Source: the human T2T-CHM13v2.0 reference genome, Homo sapiens
Assembly (NCBI RefSeq): GCF_009914755.1
Contig: NC_060931.1
Direction: 5' to 3' (one strand)
Length of the DNA: 64,000 nt
Shown here: piece after piece, positions 16,481 through 30,840 of the stretch
Layout of the letters: every line of letters starts with the position of its first letter
Numbering within the stretch: the first letter of the stretch is position 1
Notes under the pieces: model-generated
The model's input: the letters and a program-made list of their open reading frames with translations, nothing else
Database searches by the model: none
Told to the model about the DNA's origin: nothing
Program-made: the position numbers and the translations under genes

Positions 16481-17597
16481 CAACCAGTTCCTCTGATTCT
16501 CCCTCCTTCTCATGACTTCCACTACTTAGTCTTCTGTTCGTACATGCTTTCTACTTACTATATTTTTCTTACCTGTCTTTTAGCTTCTGTCTGCTTCTTT
16601 CTTCTTTCTTCCTTCTGTCTGCTTCTTTCTCCATGTGTCTAATAAGGGAGGACAATAACCTTAATTCAATATTTAGCATGGAACAACCTTCTATCCCCCA
16701 TCATCCTACAAATGGCTGATATGGGAAACAGGCAGCAATCGCTGATACAATGTCATGAAGGACAGGTGAGTAGAGTCCAGATAGGGTAAAACATTTAGTA
16801 AGAAATCCCTCACCGGTGCCCTAAAAACATGGTAGAGATCCTGCAGATGAAGGGACTAGAATACATAATTGTCACATAACTCTCCAACTTTTCTAATATA
16901 TCTGCTTAAATTATTTTGTTTATCTCAACCAGTATTGATCTAGAAGCTCTCACACTGCAGTCTGCTGGTGGATGGTAATGTTACCTCTATTCTTCTAAGA
17001 TTCCGAACACTCCTCCAATCACTATCCATACTTCATGGATCCACACATGCATACACACAAGCACACATGTTAACCCCAAGCAGAAAGGCCTCCACTCTTC
17101 ACTTAATCCTGTTCCCTTAATTTTAAAACTTCTTATTTTCTTGTCTCAGGGAACATAACATTTGGGGGCATAACAGGGAGTGAAATGTATGGGATGTATG
17201 AGTTTTTCCATTGATTTTACATGGAAACCAGAGGAGAGTTTAAAAAAAATATTTGAGTGGTTTTGTTTGTTTGTTTTTTTCTTTTTGTGATTTGCATTAG
17301 GCTTTTACTAATTGTAACTTCATTGTTTTCATTCCGAACCTTTGGCTCTCTGCCTCAAGAAAATGTATTATTTTTAGTTGGGTTCCTATTCTCCTTCCTC
17401 CAAAACAAAACTTGTCCTCATTATTTTCTTTGTTCCATTTTTGATTTCTTTATAACATCAACTCTGTTGCTTGTAGCTGCCAATGAGGATTTCAATTTTT
17501 CATCATTTTTTTTTAGATATTTTTCACTTTTTTTCTCATCGTTCCCTTTTCTATCTCAGTTATGTCACCTTTGCATCTTATTTTGGTGATTTTTAAA

Positions 17598-18075
<478 letters not shown>

Positions 18076-19885
18076 TTGATTTTTAAAAAGATTCTCCCAT
18101 TGTATTTTATCTCAGTAATTCTTCTATGACTTTCTGCTCCAGTTTCATGGTTGCCTCATCTTCATTAACTTACAAGTCCAGCTTTTGAAGTTTATTCTAA
18201 TTACTTCCTAATAACTTTTAGAATTGTTGTACTGGGTAATTCCAAAATTTCACCCATTTTGTTGTTGTTTCTTGTTTACTTTTCTTCAAAGATAGGTGAT
18301 CTAACCTCAGAATTTGCCAGCTGAGAGGAAATACGGTTTGCATGTGGCCCCCACTCCTTGTCCACTTGGAACCTGATAAAATTGTGTTCTTAGATTTACA
18401 GCTGGAGCACAAGTATTATTCTCAATGGCTTGGCAAGTTCTAGTATCTAGCCAGCTGCATCTCCCACAGATCTACTGGACCTTAATGGAGACTTTCTGGG
18501 AGTTCCAATTTCCACAATGAGGCAGCAACTGGAGAAATCAGTTTGGCAATCTTGGGCATCAGAGTGTTGTGAGGGAAGGTAACGAAGGGTGACATGGAAC
18601 TATTCCCTCCAGGATAGAAGGATGACTACTCAGCTTTCTCACTGGTATTAATATGTTTCTCTGAATTACTGGGCAGAAAGTACGAGAAGACTAAATTGTT
18701 TTTTCTATATTACTTGTAGATGGACGGAGAATAGGCAGTCCACAAATTGTTTTTTCTTCAAAGACTTTCTATCACCTGTAGTTAGTACATTCCTCTGAAA
18801 CTGTAGGCATTTGGCTGGTTTCCAGAGTTAGTTAATATTTGATTTTTGTTTTCTTCATCTTTGGATTTCAAACAAAAAATTGAGGATTTTCAAACAAAGA
18901 TTGAGATCTGTTAATTACATATCATTTGAACAGGAATTGAACTAAAAAATCAAAAACAGTGTTGGACAAGCAAGGAAAAAATAAATATAATCTATAATTC
19001 TTTCTCCTTGCTACCAACCACTTTTACTTAAATTGTATTTGGCTCCTAAAATTGTAATTCTAGAAGAATAGACTTTGAATATGGCCTAGGGCATGGTATC
19101 ATGTCAGAATAGCTATTGGTTTTTAAAGTGCCACAGTGTAAGTATAGATATAGCCCACTAAAATTGTTGCTACGTGTGTGCCTTATATCTATAATGTATA
19201 TGTCTGAATGTGTATACATACGTCTTATATGTCTGAATGTGTATATATACATGTCTTATATGTAAAGATAATTTTAGCAATTATAAAAATTGCATGAGAT
19301 TTATATTGAATAATCTAAAGACACATATCTCCTTTTTTATCTTATCAGTAACTAGAAGAGTAAACTTGGATAGTTTAATCCGCAGATTTCTCAGTTCCTC
19401 TATCTGAAAAATAAAAATACTTTCAAAATTACTTTCCAAAATCATAATCACATAAAATATAGAGAAATCAAAAAGTAATTAACAATTGTAAACTTGAAGT
19501 ATTGACTTAACACTCATTTATTTGAGATTTTTTTCAGTGATATTATGTACCAATTTCTTATTTATTTGTTTAATGCTTATCCTTCCTGACCAGAACCTAA
19601 ACTCTTTCACTGTCTTGGTCTTTTTCATGTCCCAAGACCTAAGGACAGTTCTCAGCCCGTAATGAGTATTTGTTGAATGAATAAATAAATAAGCCAGCAG
19701 GGTGCTGGAAATATAAACATAGTTTACAGTCCTTGATCTGCTGGGTCTCACATTAGCCTTAACTCATGAACTTGAAGTTTAGAACATTTTGTGTACATGT
19801 GTTCAAGTGAAAGTTCATAAAGATAGAGTAAAATATGCTAGTTAAGAATGAATTCAAATTTTGAGAAATAATAGGTCCAAGGTAC

Positions 19886-20775
19886 TGTAAACCAAAAAGT
19901 ATCTGAGGCAGATCTTAATTAATTTAGAGATTCATTTTGTCAAGATTAAGGACCATGGCCTGGGATGCAGCCTCAGGAGGTACTGAGAACATGTGCCCAA
20001 GGTGGTTGGGTTTCAGCTTGATTTTATACATCTTAGGGACACATAAGTTACACACAAAGACATAAATCAATACATGTAAGGTATACATTGGTTCAGCCTG
20101 GAAAGGCAGGACACCTAGAAGTGGGTGGGGCATGCACAGGGCTTCCAGGTCATAGGTCGATTCAAAGATTTCTTGATTGGCAATTGGTTGAAAGAGTTAA
20201 ACTCTTCCTGAAGAGTTGAAGTCAGCTTGAGTCAAGATAAGGTGGAGGGGATTGTGGAAACCAAGGATCTTGTCATATAGATGAAGCCTCCAGGTAGCAG
20301 GCTTCAGAGAGAATAGATATGAATGTCTCTTACTGGACCTTAAAAGGTGTCAAAATCTCCCAAAAAGACCTAGTAAGGGAAGAAGATTCTCTACAGAATG
20401 TAAATTTCCATCACAAGAGACAGCTTTGCAGGGGCCGTTTCAAAATACGTCAAAGAAATATAATTTGGGGTAAAATACATCAACTTCCTTCAGGGTCTGC
20501 TATCTGTCATGTGATATTATACCAGAGTCAGATTGAAATTTATCATCTTATTGCTACAAAGAGTCTGTTTCTTAATCTTCAGATCTCTGTTTTAATGTTA
20601 ATGCTGACCAGTTGTGTCTAAACTCCAAAGGGAGGAGGGTGTAGTGAGATACGTCCAAGCCCCTCCCTTCCCTCCATGCCTGAACTAGTTTTTCAGGTTT
20701 TGAGGGGATCTGCTTGGCCAAGAGGGGGTCTATTCAGTTGGTTGGGGGGGCTTAGAATTTTATTTTTGGTTTACA
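19886..20775 (-). mobile_element. MER4-group (MER4D/B-like) ERV1 solo LTR
   Basis: TGTAAACCAAAAA...TTTTTGGTTTACA termini, 4-bp TSD GTAC on both sides, MER4 body 'cagcctcaggagg...aacatgtgcccaaggtgg'. Confidence 0.88.
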
Positions 20776-21314
20776 GTACTTAGGCCAACTTCTTTTTTTT
20801 CTTGGAATAATTTTACTTCAATATCAGTTTCTTACCTAAAAGTGCTTGGCTACTTTTTATTTAAAAGAAACATGTTTAACTGGTTCTTGCAAAATTCATG
20901 TAACATATCTAAGCTACTAATTTCTTAATGCATATAATTCTGTTATGCTATAGATCTAAGAAAGGATTGAATTTGAATACCAGACTTACTCATTTCACTT
21001 TGAGCCCATAGAGTATGTTTTTTATCTGCGTCCAATTCTCCTTAAATGTAAATAGCTTAGCGTCATTATTATGGCAGAGAATTTACAATTGTCCTTCGCC
21101 TGTCTCCAAATCTCCAGTTCTTTAAGAGATATTGGCTTGTTATGTATATAAGGGCCTAGCAGTTTGAGTTGAAAAATTTATCTCAAATTTTAACAAAAAT
21201 CTTTTCTAAATTGATTAAATAAAAATTATATTATTATCCAAATAAATATTGTAAACCAATGTCTTAGAGCCCAATTGCTGAGTTCCTCCAACTGACCCCC
21301 ACAGTTATTCATCT

Positions 21315-21645
21315 TCTCTAAACCTCAATTTCCTCATCTGCAATTGGAAATACTGTTAATACTCACTTTATAAGTGCTTTTAAGGCTCAAATGAGAAAAT
21401 GCAGGTAAAGAACTATAACTTATAGTAATTATATTTTCAAGTGCTTAGTTCCTGCCAGGCACTCTTCTAAGGGTATATATTCATTGAATCCTCACAACCC
21501 TGTTAAGCAGGTAGTAGTGTACTTTTAGAATCTTCAATTTACACATGACAAACTTAAAGCACAAGGGTTATAGAGTTTGTCCAAGATTAAATAGTAAAGA
21601 TTAGAATGTGGACATCTGTAGAGAGCCATTATTCTCTTTACCACA
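21315..21645. mobile_element. Two MIR fragments in opposite orientation
   Basis: 'cctcaatttcctcatctgcaattggaaa...aaatgagaaaatgc' and 'tgccaggcact...aatcctcacaaccctg'. Confidence 0.65.
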
Positions 21646-23239
21646 CTTACTGAGGATAAAATGCAAAGTAGTTGGTGACTGATTAGGGGAGAATGAAAGG
21701 AGAAAAAAGGAGTCAAGAATAAATCCTAGGTTTGTAGCTGGTAGAAATAGCTAAGAGGGCTATTACAAGTGTCTAGGTTGCTACACATAGAGCCATGAAG
21801 GAAAGGCTGTGGTATGTCAGAGTAAGACACCACTAACTGCCTGTGAAAACTGCAAAGGTTTTCAAAGGAAAAATGGAAATATCTCTTGGTCTTGTAGGGT
21901 CACTAGAAGTTTACCAGACAAAGATGTGGGGGAAGGTACATTAGAAACCACATGGGTAATGCTAAGAAATATAACCCAAAATTTCAATTCCCTATATAAT
22001 TCTAATTTTCCATTTAATCTGGTTATGTGTGAGCTATGTTAAAATGGGGTTTAGCTGGATCCTGAATTCAAACCCGAAGCAAATAGTGAGCTATTCCAGG
22101 AACTATGAGACCAACATTACACATTCCATATGCTCAATTTCACTACAAATGAGCAGCTTTATGACCTGACTCCCTTGAGAGTCTTCAAATAGAGATTTAA
22201 TTAGAAAGCATTAGAGAAACCCATCCTGAAATAACAAAGGCAGTGTTAGCCATAGGAAGGCATTATCCTGTTGAGAACTTGGAAGATTAACTGCAGGTAC
22301 TATTAAGTAAATGGATAAATGAGAAAGTTATGTCTGAGGGCAATAATCTTGCAATATGACAAGAGGTATTGGTATATGTAAACTTACCTTAGGATGATAA
22401 ATATTTTTATGATTAGTTTTATTAAAACAGTTTTTTTAGTTTTTCTATTATCACTGGAAATGCATCAGAAAGAAGATTGTAGAAGATATAGTAAAAACAG
22501 AAGAGAGCTCTCTGAAAATGATGATTAATTTTTCCCTAATTATGGGTACTTTGTTATAATTAAAAATTTGCATTATATAAATCACCAGTGTTTATGGTAA
22601 ATATTTATAAATCTGATCTAAGTTTTTTGATTGATAAATGACTGATATAGCTATTGATGATTTAATCCCTATTTTAATACTGTTCATATAATTTTCTAAG
22701 ATTATATGATGAATTCTGAGCCAAATATTCATTATGTCAACAATTCTAAAATACATATATGCATGAGGTTGTAATAACTATCTATTACAGAGTCATAGAT
22801 AAGGTCTATTTTGGGAGTAACTGATTTTTGGCTAACAGAGAAAGTGGGAGATAATTCATTGTTTACATCACTTATCATTATATATATGGTGAAACTTATG
22901 TGTGTGCTATACCATTGTTTAATCCTAGTCCGAAATACTTCTTATCAAGAGTTTTTAATTCCTAAGTATATTTACTTGAATGCTTAAGGTTGACATACCC
23001 CATGTTTGAAGTGATAGTGTTTCTTACCCACTGATCTATCAGTAAAAATTTGAATTTGGAAGGAAAGTAATAGAATACATGATAAGAATTAGGGTAAGGG
23101 GAAGTGATCCTTAAGATGGATGATAATACCGAAAAGTAAAGAAAAAGAAGAAAGAGGATGAGGGGGAGCAGTAATGTGCACACACACACACACACCACAC
23201 ACATATGGGACTTATTAATAATTAGAAGCTACAAATGAC

Positions 23240-24110
23240 ATTTCTTATTAAGCAAATACTAGAGCATCTGCTCTTTGCCAGGCACTGAAGATACAGCAGT
23301 AAGCATATGTCCCTGTCTTCACAGTGCTTATATTCTAGAGAAGGGAGACAGATGATAAAAGGAGTGTGATGGTTAATACACAGTGTCAACTTGATTGGAT
23401 TGAGGGTTACAAAGTATTAATGCTGGGTGTGTTTGTGTGGGTGTTGCCAAAAGAAATTAACATTTGAGTCAGTGGGCTGGGGAAGGCAGATCCACCCTTA
23501 ATCTGGTAGGCACAATCTAATCAGCTTCCAGAGAATATAAAGCAGGCAGAAAAACATTAAAAGGAGAGACAGGCCTAGCCTCCCAGGCTACATCTTTCTC
23601 CTGTGCTAGATGCTTCCTGCCCTCGAACATTGGACTTCAAGTTCATCAGTTTTGGTACTCGAACTGGCAATCCAGGCTCCTCAGCTTGCAGACAGCCTAT
23701 TGTGGGACCTTGTGATCATGTAAGTTAATAGGATATATATACATATATAGTTCTGTCCCTCTACAAGAACCCTGACTAATACAAGGAGGAAATTAGTATT
23801 ATGAGAAAAATAAAGCAGGCTAAGGGTCGTAGAGATGGAAGCTGTCTCTGATAAAGGGACATATAAGCAAAGACAGGAAGTTGTAATTGTAACCCATGAG
23901 GATATTTGAGGAAAGGGCATTGTAGGCAGAGAAAATAGCTAAAACAAACATACAAAATAGCTAATACAAACATCCTTTCTTCCAGAGACAGTACCAAATC
24001 GAGAGTGCTGGAGTGCAGTAAATGATCAGGAGAATGGAAAGAAATGAGGCCACAGTTTATAGGAGGCCAGATGATATAGGGTCTTGTTGATCATTATAAT
24101 AAGGACTTTA
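23240..24110 (-). mobile_element. L2 fragment hosting the MLT2A1 LTR
   Basis: 'agcaaatactagagcatctgctctttgccaggcactgaagatacagcagt...' resumes after the LTR. Confidence 0.65.
23365..23783 (+). mobile_element. MLT2A1 (HERVL) solo LTR
   Basis: TGTGATGGTTAATAC...GAACCCTGACTAATACA with a perfect 5-bp TSD AGGAG. Confidence 0.92.
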
Positions 24111-24111
24111 G

Positions 24112-24475
24112 ATCTGTGCTGTACAATACTGTGGCCCTCGGCCAAATAGAGCTTGAATGTGGCTAGTGTGATTGAAATGTTAATTGTATTTGAAATAAAG
24201 TAATCTCAATTTTAATTTAAAAATTGGCACTTGATTCAGTTATTGGCAAACTGTTAAGTATGTTTTAAACAACTTGGGTATATGATACATTTTTCTATTG
24301 TAAATTTAATAAAATCTGAATATGAACTCAGGGTTTTCAATTAAAATACAGTGCCTAAATTGAGATGGGGAAATATAAAGTACAAACATATCAAAGATTT
24401 AGTATAAGAGAGAGTTACATATCTCAATTTTTATATTGATTACATGTTAAAATGACAATATATGTATTTTGGTTT
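24112..24475. mobile_element. hAT-Charlie DNA transposon fragment (Charlie1/MER33-related)
   Basis: 'ctgtgctgtacaata...ttgaatgtggctagtgtgattg...ttttatattgattacatgttaaaatgacaat'. Confidence 0.6.
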
Positions 24476-26561
24476 TAAGCCATCCTAATAGGGAAATAAG
24501 TATTATTAAATGTGTGAGGAATGAATACTGATACATATCTATTGAGAATATACATTAGAAGAGTTTTCTGGAAGATTTTTTGGGAATGCAAAGCAAAAAT
24601 CTAAAACACGAGTACTTATTTATCAAGCAATTTTGCATGTAGCTTTATGTTATAGAGATATACATATCACAAAAAAGAACATGTTTATTACAATTTATTT
24701 AAAATAGCAGCAAACTAAATCTCTCCAAATAGAAGAGATATTAAATTAATCATAGTATAATCATACAATGAAATGTTAGGAAGTCATTAAAATTACAAAT
24801 GTATGTGTGTTAATATGTGAAGGGAGTCATGAATTTTAAGTTAGAGAAGTTAATAATCAAATGGTATATACCTGTAACATCATATTATTAAAAAATTTAT
24901 AAAATATAAATAATGTATGTTTAAATAAGTTCATAGAAACATTTCCCTAGGTTAATTTATATCTATCTTTCTGAAGCGAGTCATAGACCAAAATTTTAAC
25001 AATGTTTCCTTTTGGATTGTAATAAAACAGGTAATTTTTATTTTCTACATTTCCTTATACTCTAAAATTATGTACATTTTTGCAATATAAGGTTTTTAAG
25101 ACCACAATGATAATCAGTAATGTAAAAAAACTTTTATTATTTTATTACTGTTTTTGCAGAGTGACTTTGAAAAATATATATATATATATATGTTTCGACA
25201 TCACAGACCATAGGTGAAGTTTAATGGCCTCCTTTTAGTCTTGGAGATGAAATGTTAATAATTGCTGTCACTGGTAATGATCCAATTTTTTATAGTCGAA
25301 TCAGTTTTAAAACACATTCTGTTAAATAACTTTTGGATCTATGTCAATGAAGTACCAAGGAAACACTTCTAAAATAATAATACATAAGCAATTATGTAAA
25401 AATGTAATAGAGGTTACATTTTAAAAATCAACAAGTTACAGGAAAAAAACTCACAGGTTTTGGTCCAGTAGAATTCCATGGTGTTGAGTTTGACCTTCAG
25501 TGAATGAAAGTTCTTCTAGGCTTGAATAGATCCCATTTTATTTATAACCCATTTTGTTAGCTAGTGCTTGTCCTGCTGTCTCAAATTTTAAAATGAGTAA
25601 AATATCATTATGACTTGCTTAGTGAAAAATAGAAGGGAAAAAGTCATTCAAGATCTGGAGGGTTTTACTGAAGATAAGAAGTGGCAGAAATGAGCAGAGA
25701 GAGAGCTGGGAAAAGACGTTAATGAGCCCTGCCCAGCAATTTAGATTGATTGGAAAAGTGTGTGCAGGTAAAAATGGAAACAGCTGATGGAGATTCACAA
25801 AGGAACCTGAATGTGATAAAGCTGTTAAAACCATTATAAAAACCTGCAAAGGCACCAGGCCAGGGAAGAGTGTTGAGAGTCTCTTTGATAGTCTTTTGGA
25901 GCTTGAAGTGAACACTACTAAAGTCACTGAAATTAATAAGGTCTAAAGATCTCTTTTAGACCTAGGAGTCTATACTTCTTTATGTATCAACATATGTGCA
26001 CATGCTCATCCTCTATCCAACTTAAAAACCTCAATGATTTTACAATACAAAATGCTATTTTTTATTTGCAATAAAGCTCTTCTATTGTGCTGGTGATATA
26101 GGTCAAGGATCATAAACGCAATGATAGGCTACCCATAAAAGAAATACATGTTTTATATACACAAAGCTTATGCAGTGACCTACAGCTTAACCCAAATAAT
26201 GGGACAGTGAGAATGTTTATATTGGAATGTATCTTTTTATTTTCCTTAGGTAAACTCTAATGTCCATCTTCTAGGGAAAATCCTTTGAGATTTTACTTCA
26301 ACCCTCTTGATCTCTTTTACTTTAGTGATCTTGTAAGACAAATCACTCCCTATGAAACACTTCCAGTGAGTTATACAAACCACATTTACAGTGTAGGACC
26401 GTATACAGAATATGTGAATCACACTAAAAACACATCTTAACCTATCATATTATTAAATTATTTTTAAGATAAATAAATGTGATCATGTAGATTTCAGTCA
26501 AACAAGCAAGAAAATTTGATCTAAAAGAGAACATAGTTCAACTGTTGGTCTTGTCTCATGA

Positions 26562-26879
<318 letters not shown>

Positions 26880-27842
26880 TTTTATATTTTTATATGAAGA
26901 AGAGAAGGGGGACAGAAGAAGAAAGAAAAAAAAACCCTCAATCTTGACTATGTGTATCATTTGTATGTAAAGTGCAAAATACACTTGGAGTTTAAAAGTA
27001 AAGGAAGTACTTGCTACAGTTTTTGTTATGATGAGATACTGAATGAGCCATAGCACAATCCTCACACACACACACACACACACACAAATACCGAAGAGCA
27101 CTGCAAGACAAGTCAGAATTTTCAGAAAGCCTAAAGACATGCTTCTGTTTTAAGTTTCTGATATTAAAAATTATCCCTGTCCTTGCAAGCTCTATAAAGC
27201 TGTGAATTCAATTCTATTGCAGAATAACCTTGTTAACTGCTTGAGAGAGTTGGGTCAGAATCCTCACCCATTCCACTATTAACTTTCGCCCTCACCATGA
27301 CAACTTAGTGCTGGTTAAAAGGGCTCAAAAGACTTGTTACCAGAAAATTAAGCTAATGAATTCTTCATTTTCCAGGTTGAAGTAGTTCCTAATCAGTCCT
27401 CTCAACTATGTCCACTCAATCATAATATTGTTTTAAATAGATTGTCTGTCTCAGGAGCAAACGGGAGTTCAAATGAACTATATTCCTGTTCAGATCATTA
27501 ATAACAATAAATCCACTGCAATATCAGCAACTTGATATAGATTCTTTTAGTGGAGAAGCATCTCACTTTTGACGAAACACATATCAGCAAAAGATTTGTT
27601 CAGAGGTAGCCAAAAAGCCAATATCATCAACATTGCATTGCTCAATGTGTTTATTTTATATATACACCCTCTCTATCTTACCTATCTCATTTAGTGCCTT
27701 AATTTTAAGCATGGCAAATATATTCTTAGCATCAAATTTACTCAACTTTTCCTCACATTACATTTTACATTTTATTAAATATTATTAACCCATGTAGATT
27801 ATTTTATTTTTCAACCTCCTCTTCCAAGAATTTCTGAAATAG

Positions 27843-28158
<316 letters not shown>

Positions 28159-28166
28159 TGCCTCTT

Positions 28167-28632
28167 TTTAAATTCCAAATTTTATTTTAGATACAGGGAG
28201 TACATGTGTAGATTTGTTATATGGGGAAATTGCATGATGCTGAGTTTTAGAGTACAGATCCCATCATCCAGTTAGTAAGTACAGTACATAATAGGTAGTT
28301 TTTTACCACCTGCCCCCCAAGCAGTCCAAGTGTCTATTGTTCCCACATTTATGTCCACGTGTGTTCAATGTTTAGCTCCCACTTATAAGTGAAGACATGT
28401 GATATTTGGTTTTCTGTTCTTATATTAATTTGCTTAGGATTAAGGCCTCCAGCTCCATCCATGTTGCTGCAAAGGACATGACTTCATTCTTTGTTATGGC
28501 TGTGTAGTATTTCATGATGCTACAGGTATCACATTTTTTAAATCCAATCTACTATTGATGGGCACCTGGGTTTATTCCATGTCTTTGCTATTGTGAATAG
28601 CGCAGTGATGAGTATATGAGTGTGTGTGTCTT
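28167..28632 (-). mobile_element. L1PA15/16-like 3' end (non-inverted part of a twin-primed L1)
   Basis: 'ttttattttagatacagggagtacatgtg...tttagctcccacttataagtga...ctttgctattgtgaatag'. Confidence 0.88.
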
Positions 28633-30171
28633 AACAAAGAAAAAGAGAAGATTCAAATAAGCGCACTCAGAAATGACAAAGGTAATATTACAACTGACCC
28701 CACAAAAATATAAAAGATCCTCAGAGACTACTATAAACAACTCTATGCACACAAATGAGAAAATCTAGAGGAACTGAGTAAATTCCTGAAAGGACACATC
28801 CCTGGATTGAATTAAGAAGAGATTGAAACCCTGAATAGACCAATATTAGCTTTTGAAATTGAATCAGTAATAAGTAACCTACCAACCAAAAAAAGTCCTG
28901 GACCAGATGGATTCACAGGTGAATTCTCCAGATATACAAAGAAGAAATGATACCACTCCTACTGAAACTATTCCAAAAAATTGAGGAGGAGAGGCTCCTT
29001 CCTAACTCATTCTATGAAGCCAGCATCAGCCTGATACCAAAATCTGGCAGAGACACAACAAAATAATAAAACTTCGGATGCATGTCTTTAATGAACATAG
29101 ATGCAAAACCCTCGACAAAATACTAGCAAATTGAATCTAGCAGCACATCAAAACTTAATGCATCACAATCAAGTAGGCTTTATTTCCAGAATGCAAGGCT
29201 GGTTCAACATACACAAATCAATAAATGCGATTCACCATATAAACAGAATTAGAAGCAAAAACCATTCGATCATCTCAATAGATTTAGGAAAACATTCAAT
29301 AAAATTTCACATCCCTTCATGATTAAAAACCCCCAACAGAGTAGGCATCACAGGAGCATACTTCAAAATAATAAAAGCCATATGACAAGCCCACAGCCAA
29401 CACTATACTAAATGAGCTCAAACCATTCTGCTTAAAAACTGCAACAAGACAACTTGCCCACTCATACTATGCCTATTCAACATAGTACTGGAAGTCCCAG
29501 TCAGGGTAATCAGAAAGAAAAGGTATTTAAATAGGAAAAAAAAGAAGTTAAACTATCTTTGCTAACAATATGATTCTACATCTAGAAAATCCTAAAGACT
29601 CTGCCAAAAGGCTGCTACAATTGTTCAACAACTTTAGTAAAGTTTCAGGATACAAAATCAAGTACAAAAATCAGTAGCATGTCTGTACACCACCAAAGTC
29701 CAGGCTGAAAGTGAAACCAAGAACACAATCTTGCTTAAAATAGCCACAAAGAAAATGAGATACCTAGGAATACAGCTAACCAAAGTGAAAGATCTTTACA
29801 AGAAGAACTACAAAACATGGCTGAAAGAAGTCTGAGGTTACACAAATAAATAGAAAAACATTTCATGCTCATGGATTAGATGAATCAATAACATAAAAAT
29901 GGCCATACTGCCCAAAACAATTTACAGATTCAATGCTATTTTTACCAAACTACCAATGTCATTTTTCACAGAATTTGAAGAACTATTAGAAAATTCATAT
30001 AGAACCAAAAAAGAGCCAAATAGCCACAGCAATCCTAAGCAAAAAGAACAAAGTCAGAGGTATCACATTACTTGACGTCAAACTATACCATAAAGCCACA
30101 GTAATCAAAACAGCTTGATATTGAGACACAGACACATAGGCCAAGGGAATAGAATAGAAAACTCATAAATA

Positions 30172-30437
30172 GGCCAGTTGCAATGGCTCATGTCTGTAAT
30201 CTCACCACTTTGGGAGGCCAAGGCAGGCAGATCACTTGAAGCCAGGAGTTCGAGATCAGCTTGGTCAACGTGGTGAAACCAAGTCTTTACCAAAAACACA
30301 AAAATTAGCCTGGCACTGCCTGTAGTCCTAGTTAGTTGGGAGCCTGAGGAATGAGAAAATCGCTTGAACCAGGGAGGCAGAGGTTGCAGTAAGCTGTGAT
30401 TGAGGTATTGCACTCCAGCCTGGGCAACAGAGTGAGA
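30172..30437 (+). mobile_element. Older Alu (AluJ/Sz-like) nested in the L1
   Basis: Diverged sense Alu. Confidence 0.92.
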
Positions 30438-30522
30438 AAAAGAAAGAAAGAAAGAGAGAAAGAGAGAGAGAGAGAGATAGGAAGAGAGGAAGGAAGGGAG
30501 GAAGGGAAAGAGAGAAAGAGAG

Positions 30523-30581
<59 letters not shown>

Positions 30582-30652
30582 AGGAAGGAAGGAAGGAAGG
30601 AAGGAAGGAAGGAAGGAAGGAAGGAAGGAAAGAAGGAAAGAAAGAAAGAAAG

Positions 30653-30691
<39 letters not shown>

Positions 30692-30840
30692 AAAGAAAAG
30701 AAAAGAAAAGAAAAAGAAAGGAGGGAAGGAGGGAAGGAGAGAAGGAAGGAAGAAAGAAAGAAGAAAGAGAAAGAAAGAAAATGAAAGAAAGAAAGAGAAA
30801 GAAAGAAAGAAAGAAGGAGAAAAGAAAAAAAGAAGAAAGG
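30438..30840. repeat. ~400-bp (GAAA)n/(GGAA)n/(GA)n polypurine tract derived from the Alu tail
   Basis: Directly visible; 12 consecutive GGAA units at 30583-30630. Confidence 0.98.
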
